Source: Octopus vulgaris (Eukaryota). Taken from it: a stretch of DNA of 64,000 nucleotides. The notes under the pieces are model-generated. The model ran no database searches, was not told the DNA's origin, and saw only the letters and a program-made list of their open reading frames with translations. How positions within the stretch are numbered: position 1 is the stretch's first letter; every line of letters starts with the position of its first letter. The position numbers and the translations under genes were made by a program. The stretch is taken from NCBI GenBank assembly GCA_951406725.2, contig OX597829.1, forward strand, positions 13,640,001 through 13,704,000, written 5' to 3'. Shown piece by piece: positions 55,400-64,000 of this stretch.

Positions 55400-55585
55400 A
55401 AAGCGACGAACTGGCAGAATCGTTAGTACGCTGGACGAAATTCTTAGCGGTATTTCGTCCGTCGTTATGTTCTGAATTCAAATTCCTTTCGGGGTCGAAA
55501 AATTAAATATCAGTTGAGTACTGGGGTCGATGATATCGACTATCCTCCTCCCCCATATTTCAGTCCTTGTGCCTATAATAGAAAG
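55400..55585 (+). mobile_element. SINE (second family) with an (ATT)n tail
   Basis: At least six relatives in the window (about 14551, 29720, 29955, 38660, 48618, 50790). Confidence 0.8.
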
Positions 55586-55883
<298 letters not shown>

Positions 55884-55886
<3 letters not shown>

Positions 55887-58800
55887 TAGTTTTATTTTTA
55901 TAGCGTGCTTTCACTTCACTACCGAGCGCAGCTCTGTGTGCCTTGGCTTTGTGCTGTGATTTGTTGTGATGCTCTGATGGTTATTGTATGGAAAGTGTTC
56001 TGCGTAGGATGTGTGCAGTGCCTAGTAGTGCAATTTTCTGTATGTTATATGTGTTTGTAAGTCCTGGTGTTTTTGTTATGTATTTGTCTGAATATTTTTT
56101 TATCATGCCTCATGCACCTACTATGATAGGAATTGTTTCTGTTTTTAGATTCCACATTCTGGTTACCTCTATTTCCAGGTTTTTGTATTTTGAGAGATTC
56201 TCCATTTCTGTTAGAGACACGTTGTCATCTGCCGGTATTGATACATCAATTAGAAAGCATTGTTTTCCTTCATGATCTCTGACAACTATATCTGGTCTGC
56301 TGGCCTTAATTTCTCTATCTGTGTGTATCGGCATATCCCAGAGTATGGTTGCTTTCTCGTTTTCTGTGAACTTTTCTGGTGTGTGCCTATACCATCTTTT
56401 TTCTGTTGTTATTCCATAATGTTGGCATAGCTTCCAGTGTATGTAGGTTCCAACTTTGTCATGTCTGTGAATATATTCCTTCTTAGCCAGGACTGGGCAA
56501 CCAGAGATAATATGATTTATTGTTTCTTGTCCATCTCCACATATTCTGCAGTTACTTGTTATATTTCTTTTCATTACATGTTTTGGTAATCTCTGGTGGG
56601 GAGGCTTTGGTCTTGTGCTGCAATTAAAAATCCCTCTGTTTCTGCTTTGAGTCCTGAGCTTCTCAACCATTGCTGGGATTTTTCTTTGTCTATTTCTTTT
56701 GCGTTTAGTTTAGTCCAGTATTTACCATGAAGGGGCTTTTCTTGCCATCGTTTTATCATGGTTCGTTGCTGTTCTATTTTTAGTTTGGATTTCATTTGTT
56801 TTATAGCTTTTGTTGTTTCTTCATCTTCTTCTTCTTGTTCTTCATATTTATTAGGTGGTATGATTTCTTGTTTGTATTTGTTAGCTTCCTTAAATACTGA
56901 TAACAGTTTTTTGTTTTGCTCGTGTTTTGCCGCTATTTGTATCAGTTTTCCTTCCTTCTGAAGTAGATATTTTTGCAGTCCTATGGTGGTTATTTTATAG
57001 TAGTTTCCAGCTGTATAAGGCCTCTACCACCTACTATACATTGTATATATAGTCTTTCTATGTCAGATTTTGGGTGATGCATCCTAGACCTTGTCATTAT
57101 TTTTCTTGTTTTCCTATCTATTTTGGTCAGTTCATTTAGTGTCCAGTTAAGGATATTGTAGCTGTAACTTATAACTGGGACAGCTTAAGTGATAATACCT
57201 ATTATCTTGTTTTTAACATTGAGCTCTGTTTTTAGTATTGATCTAACTCGTCTATAATATTCTTTTTTTATTTTTTATTTTATTTGTGTGTGTTGTGTCT
57301 TATCTAGTTCATGGATTCCTAAGTATTTGTAAGTTTGGCTTTGGTCTAATTCTTTTATTTCATTGGTTTTATCTAGTGTGATGTTACTACTCTTAACTAG
57401 TTTTCCTCTTTTCAGGGTTACTTTGGCGCATTTTTCTAATCCAAATTTCATTTCTATTTCATTGGTAAATCCATGAGCTATCTTTAATAGTGTTTCCAGC
57501 TTTTTGTCATTTCCAGCGTATAGTTTGAGGTCGTCCCTATATAAAAGGTGGCTGATCGTTTTGCCGTAACATTTATATCCGCATCCAGTACTGTTTAGCA
57601 TATCAGATAGAGGTGACAGTGCCAAGCAGAAAAGGAGTGGAGAGAGAGTGTCTCCCTGGAATATTCCTCTTTTATGAGGATGGCTTTGGTTTTCATGAGT
57701 CCCTCTTTTGTTTGGAGCTGTTTGCCATTTATTCATAGAGTGCCCTATGAATTTTATAATTGTTGGTGCTACTTTGTTAATGGCTAGTGTTTAGAGGATC
57801 CATGTGTGGGGGATGCTATCAAACGCCTTTTTGTAGTCGATCCAGGCCATACCGAGACCTTTCTTCTTTCTGTGGCCGTCTTCAGTTATGATCATTTATT
57901 GATCATTAGTTGATCTTTACAGCCGTATGAGCCTTTGCGGCATCCTTTCTGCTCTTCTGGAAACAGGGTGTTTTCGGCCAGGTGCTTGTTCAACCTTTGC
58001 GATATCACTGCAGTAAATGCCTTGTACATTGTAGGGAGACAGGTTATTGGTCTGTAGTTTTCTGGTTTTGCTGTCTCATTTGATTTGGGAATTAAGATGG
58101 TTTTCCCCTTCGTGAGCCATTCAGGCATTGTCTCTGACTCTGCTAGTATGTTGTTAAAGTTTTCAGCTAGCGTTTTGTGCATTCCTGTTAGATATTTCAA
58201 CCAGAAGTTGGGGATCTTGTCATGCCCAGGTGCCTTCCAGTTGCTTAGTCTTTGCAGTGCCTGGGTGACATCTTCAGTTGTTATGGGGGTCCAAAGTTGC
58301 TCAGATGCTGAATGTGTTGTTTTAATACTCCTTTTTTTTGGTTGTTCGTTCGCCGACCATATTTCTCTCCAGAATTCTTCCACTTCTTCTGCCGTTGGTG
58401 CTGCAGTGATTACTATTTTATTTTTGCCAAGTTCTTGGTAGAACTTTTTGGGGTTGGAGTTGAACTTTTTGTTTTGTTCAAAGAAGCGCTGGCGTTTCTC
58501 GTACCGGCGGATCCTTTATGCTTTGGCAAGGAAATCTTGCTTTAGCTTTTCTTTTATCTCAGGTAAATCTTATTCTGTGATGTTATATTTGCGGAGTATT
58601 TTTGTTTTCTTTTTGTTGCTCAGTAGCTTTGATTGTCTACTGATTTCATTAAGAATCGACAGATCTTTTCTCATTTTTTGTATTTTGTTTTGGATGTTAT
58701 TTATCCACAGGGTTTGTTTGGGTGGTGGTACTCTTGTTTGGATGAGTTTGAGTGAGTATCCAGCTTTTTTTGTGGCTTCAGTGGCTGCTGCGTATACTAT

Positions 58801-59964
58801 GTCATTTAGCTCAGTGATATCGCTTTTTGTTTCAGTGGCTATTAGTTCCGTGACGGCTAGGTTTATGCTGTTTATAATCGATGTTGTTGTTTCGTCTATT
58901 TTGATTTTTGGGAGTGGTCGGTGGTCCATTTTGAGCTCTGTGGTTTTCAGTTCTTTGATTATTTCACTTTTTATATTATCATAATCATTAGGCTCCCCTT
59001 CGTTGTTTCCAGGTTTTAGCTTTGTGTCGCTTTCTTTCTTATTTATATGTTTGTTTGCCGTGTTTTGGCTTGCTGTTTGTCGTGTATTATTATGCATCCT
59101 TACGGTCTGGGGTTGTTTTTTGTTTACATCGCGTTTGTTGGGAATGTTACGTTTGGCTTCGTGTTTTACTGTTTATATTATTGGGCATTGTTGTGTGGCT
59201 TCTATCTACATTTTCCTGGTGTATTTTTTCTTTTAGACGTTCTATTTCTATTTCTGATATTTTTTGGGTTGAGAATGTATCTTCGTACGTTAGCTAGTTT
59301 ATTAGGGTTCATTGCTGTATCCAAGTCTATGTTATTTTCCTTCCATATTTTATATGTATGTGTTGTTGTGTTTTCATTTTTCGGGTAGAGCACTGCTGTG
59401 AAGTATGCGTGTAGGATAGAAATGTATTCCTCACGTGTCCATTTATGTCTTTTGGGTTTTATTTGCGGGACATGAGGAACAACGTCCGGCCCATTATTTT
59501 GACGGTCGTCATTTTCGTAGGGTACCGGTCCGTTCATTTCTGTTGTCACATTGTTTTGCACGTGTAGTTTTTCGTACATTTTATGTTGTAAGTTTAAAGT
59601 ACGTACCTCCCGATTGTTATTCTTGGGTTGAATAATATCGGTGGTATTTAATTTATTCGTAGTTCCTTTGTACATGGTGTTTGGGGTCGGGGATGATCTG
59701 GTGTTGATGGATCGTAATGTATCACGCATGTTTACATGTGTTGTGTTAGAGGTGGAGATGATATCGAGTCAAAATACATCATTTCGTTTCGAAGATAGTA
59801 ATAAACTTCAATTAGTATTACTTACTCGGATACAGTCCAATCCTTTGTTAGTAAATCTTTGGCTCCATACGATGTCCTTGTTTTCGATGTTTGTGGATAG
59901 ATTTCGGAGCTCTGTTTTATCGTTCTTACATCTTAAACGTCCCCCGGTGTATCCGTAAACGTCC
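55884..59964 (-). mobile_element. Near full-length R4/Dong-like RLE LINE, single ORF broken by frameshifts
   Basis: RHKWTREEY N-terminal motif, KAPGHD, NYRPITCL, GIFQGDTLSP, YRDDLK, CRICG...ETINHIISGC and RPDIVV...LIDVSIP; 3' UTR then (AAT)n on the sense strand. Confidence 0.96.
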
Positions 59965-60189
59965 CCTTTCGAGTGGGATGGGTTACTTGACCTGAAGAAA
60001 ATTCTAACTGGGCCCCACCTGCAAGGTCATGTGCTGTTTATCTTGATATGAGATCACCATGTCGCGCACATATGGTTGTGATGCATGTGCCTGGTGTACC
60101 CTTATCAGACGGGTAGTCATGATGGGTATATTGGGCTTCGTATATTTTACCCCAGTGTCACTTTGATGGCATGCACTGTTCTCTCACTC
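59965..60189. mobile_element. Third, partial copy of the TAA-flanked repeat, fused to the LINE 5' end
   Basis: Matches about 17188-17412 and 30936-31160. Confidence 0.88.
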
Positions 60190-60201
60190 AATAATAATAA
60201 T

Positions 60202-61248
60202 AATAGAAATCACTGCAGCACCAACGGCAGAAGAAGTGGAAGAATTCTGGAGAGAAATATGGTCGGCGAACGAACAACCAAAAAAAAAGGAGTGTCAAAA
60301 CAACAAACTCAGCATCTGAGCAACTTTGGACCCCCATAACAACTGAAGAGGTCACCCAGGCACTGCAAAGACTAAGCAACTGGACGGCACCTGGGCATGA
60401 CAAGATCCCCAACTTCTGGTTGAAATCTCTAACAGGAATGCACAAAAAGCTGGCTGGAAACATTAACAGCATGCTAGCAGAGGCAGAGACAATGCCTGAA
60501 TGGCTCACGAAGGGGAAAACCACCTTAATTCCCAAATCAAATGAGACAGCAAAACCAGAATACTACAGACCAATAACCTGTCTCCCTACAATATACAAGG
60601 CACTTACTGTAGGGATATCGCAAAGGTTGAACAAGCACCTGGACGAAAACAACTTGTTTCCAGAAGAGCAGAAAGGATGCCGCAAAGATCAACTAATGAA
60701 TAATAAAGCCATAACCGAAGACAACCACAGAAAGAAGAAAGGCCTCAGTATGGCTTGGATCGATTACAAAAAGGCGTTTGATAGCATCCCCCACACATGG
60801 ATCCTCGAAACACTAGCCATTAACAAAGTAGCACCAACCCTTATGAAATTCATAGGGCACTCTATGAATACATGGCAAACCGTGCTACAGCTCCAAACAA
60901 AAGAGGGACTCATGAAAAGCAAAGCCATCCCCATTAGAAGAGGAATATTCCAGGGAGACACTCTCTCTCCACTCCTTTTCTGCTTGACACTGTCACAATT
61001 CCTATCATAGTAGGTTCATTAGGCATGATAAAAAAATATTCAGACAAGTACATAACAAAAATACCAGGACTTACAAACACATATAACATACAGAAAATTG
61101 CACTACTAGGCACTGCACACATCCTACGCAGAACACTTTCCATACAATAACCATCAGAGCATCACAACAAATCACAGCACATACCTAAGGCACACAGAGC
61201 TGCGCTCGGTAGTGAAGTGAAAGCACGCTATAAAAATAAAACTACTGA
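60202..61248 (+). mobile_element. Inverted, 5'-truncated and internally deleted copy of the 55884 LINE
   Basis: 60202-60995 mirrors about 58418-57615 and 60995-61248 mirrors about 56136-55884; (AAT)n tail. Confidence 0.94.
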
Positions 61249-61251
61249 ATG

Positions 61252-61337
<86 letters not shown>

Positions 61338-61362
61338 TAATAATAATAATTATTATTATTAT

Positions 61363-62541
61363 GTTTTTTCCTTCTTTCTTCAAATTTTCTTCGGTTTCTC
61401 GCCGAGTGTTTTCCATACACCTAGGGCAGAGAAGCTCATTGTATGCATTCCCAGATTACACGCGCAAATTCTCAGATAAATTATTTTTTTAAAAATTAAT
61501 AAATAAATAAATTCATGGATGGATGTTGTTTCCACAGCGATAATGCTCTTCTCAGTATATAAGCCGTTCCAGTTAGTACGATTTTTGCACTTCCTGTAGG
61601 GATGGTGAGCCTTGAATCATTTCAAATAGGTTTCAGTACCTTTTTTTTATCATTCCTAGAGATCCTACAATCACTGGTACTGTAGTCGCCTTGAGATGCC
61701 ACATTTTTTCAATTTCTGTTAGCAGGTCTTTATATTTACTAATCTTGTCAAATTCTTTTGCCGCTATATTGTGATCGCAAGAGATACTCATGTCAATTAA
61801 TAAACACATCCTTTTTGTCTGATCTTTTATAATAATATCCGGTTTATTAACTTTTATAATCTTGTCGGTCTGTACGGAGAAGTCCCATAGAATCGACACA
61901 TTGTCTCCCTCAGTCACACCTTCAGGATGGTATTTATACCATTTGTCAGCGGTTTTGATTTTATAATACCGACATATTGTCCAATGTAAATACTGGTCGA
62001 CTCTGTCATGTCTTGCTTTATATTCTACAGGTGCTAAGATTCTACATCCTGAGATTAGGTGGTTTATTGTTTCAATCTCATCGTTACAGAATCGGCATTT
62101 TGGGTCAGCTCCATTTTTATCACATTGGCTTGGTAGTTCCAGGTTAATAAGCTTTGGTCTTGAGCAGCTAATATGAAACCTTCACTCTCTGCTTTTAGCT
62201 CTGAACTTCGTAACCATTGGTGCGTGTGTTTCTGGTCGACATCAGCTTGTTTGCTACGGGCCACATACTTGCCATGGAGACGTTTCTGTTCCCATCTGCT
62301 AGCTAATTTTTCATGTGCTTTTGTCTTTGCAGTTGATTTTCTTTTCTTTGCAGCTTCAGTTGGCGCATTTCCTTCAACCTGATAAATCTGGTGGGTATCT
62401 AAGAGATCAGCGGTGAATGTTTTGCTCTCTTTGAGAATAGAGTGAAGTTTTTTAGGTCTTTCATGTTTTTCAACAAGTTTTAGCATCCAATCGTTGGTTG
62501 CTTCAAGGTATTTGGCCAGTCCGATTGTGGTGAGAGTCACA
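61363..62541 (-). mobile_element. R4/Dong-like LINE 3' portion, another subfamily
   Basis: LHGKY, WLRSSELKAESEGFILAAQDQ and NKPDIIIKD...LLIDMSI; (ATT)n on both sides. Confidence 0.92.
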
Positions 62542-62798
<257 letters not shown>

Positions 62799-63049
62799 TT
62801 GGAGCGGAACACATCTGAGGTGCTTTCGAATGCTTCATGTAAGTTCGTTTTAAAATATTATTTACACCAGGCTTGGTGTCGTTTTGCAGTAATTGTTTTA
62901 TTCCAAGTAGTGAATAGAAGCACGTGGAACTTATTACTGGCTTCATATAGTTGTGTAGCCCCGAGAGTGGAGATTTCGTCCCACCAAATAAATCGGTTGA
63001 CGTTAAAATTTTATGGAGTCAATACAACTTAACAAGATAGTGAAACGCG

Positions 63050-64000
63050 TCTTGAAAGTGTTGAGGAAAGACAAAACAAACCCTCCTGCCAATATGGTAA
63101 TAGATGAAGACTTCCCTTCCCTTCCCTCTGTCTGGGGAAGGGGAAGGACAAAAGAACAAGACTGAGATGATACAAAGTACAACGAAACGTAAAATAATAG
63201 TAGCAGAAACACTAACAGTGGTAGAAATGACAACAGCAGCCGCCGCAACATTAGTAGTAGTGAGAGCAGCAACAACCACGAAAAAGAAAGTTACAGCAGT
63301 AACAGTAATGATAGCAACAACAATAACAACAAAAACGAAAGCAAAAGTGACGACTGCAACAGCAACAAAACCAATAGCAGCAACATCGATAAGAACGGTA
63401 GCAAGAACAAAAGCAGCAGCAGCGGCAGAAGCAGCAGCAGAAATCATATACCAATATACCATAGACCTCACAAGTAGGGAGTAGGTGCTCCCAGAGTCAT
63501 GGGAATTAATTAAACAAGAGAAAATTTGAGCAAATCTGACAGTCCCATCAGAGGCCATTGAAGCGGAGGAAAAAGAACTGTGCTTTTTCTGATGCATCTC
63601 AGCAGATACAAAAAGAGCGGCTTTGATAGTCCCCAAGTAGATATTGAGGCGGTGCTAGAGTGCATAAGAAATGACAAGAAATACATAGCGTGGGACAAAC
63701 GATAGGCACCATTTCGGTGCTGTTTAAATCAGAAGCCCTCTATGTGGAACATTCTACGACCTCCTGCAAAACCAGCAAAGTCATTATGTACCCCTCCCAC
63801 TTGCGTAAACTTACAGCCCGTGTCTGCATTCCTAAAATTCCCCCATGACTAGATATTTGGTGGCTTCTGGGACGCGTAATCGTGGATGGAACGGATACTG
63901 TCCGTATTGAGGTGACAAGAACTGCCAGGGAGGACTGGTCAGGGGTTAACCTAGACATATTTCTCCATATCAGACCCGAAAACATTAAAAACATCCCAGA
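63050..64000 (+). mobile_element. Decayed Tx1 ORF1 (5' part, runs off the window)
   Basis: Low-complexity Thr/Ala N-terminus, then EKRTVLF and PKIPP*LDIWWLL, which resembles ELDIWWLV at 33402-33725. Confidence 0.7.

Noticed and set aside
60095-60150. Hammerhead- or HDV-like ribozyme in the shared LINE 5' segment (minus strand CUGAUAA, GAAG)
   Set aside because: Both core boxes deviate and no nested HDV pseudoknot could be assembled by eye.

Overview
This is eukaryotic, AT-rich, microsatellite-dense DNA. The SINE types and repeat mix look like an octopus or other coleoid cephalopod, which is an inference. No host protein-coding gene, rRNA or true tRNA can be supported. Nearly all of the window is nested mobile DNA: (1) several Tx1/L1-clade LINEs (zinc-knuckle ORF1 plus APE-RT ORF2), the youngest lodged between (GATA)n tracts; (2) many R4/Dong-like RT plus restriction-like-endonuclease LINEs lodged in (TAA)n tracts, including a near full-length copy facing an inverted deleted twin; (3) a ~555 bp non-coding TAA-flanked element that shares sequence with the 5' end of the Dong LINE; (4) a decayed hATm-like transposon with long TIRs and an 8 bp TSD, plus Tc1/mariner remnants and fold-back MITEs; (5) tRNA-derived and other SINEs; and (6) short (TA)n-flanked segments carrying minimal type I hammerhead ribozyme folds, one beside a Penelope-like RT remnant. 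The hammerhead mini-elements and the apparent sorting of retroelement families by microsatellite type are the most notable signals. All element ORFs seen are frameshifted, deleted or truncated, and most supplied ORFs are microsatellite artefacts. Coordinates were read by eye and element ends are approximate unless a junction is quoted.
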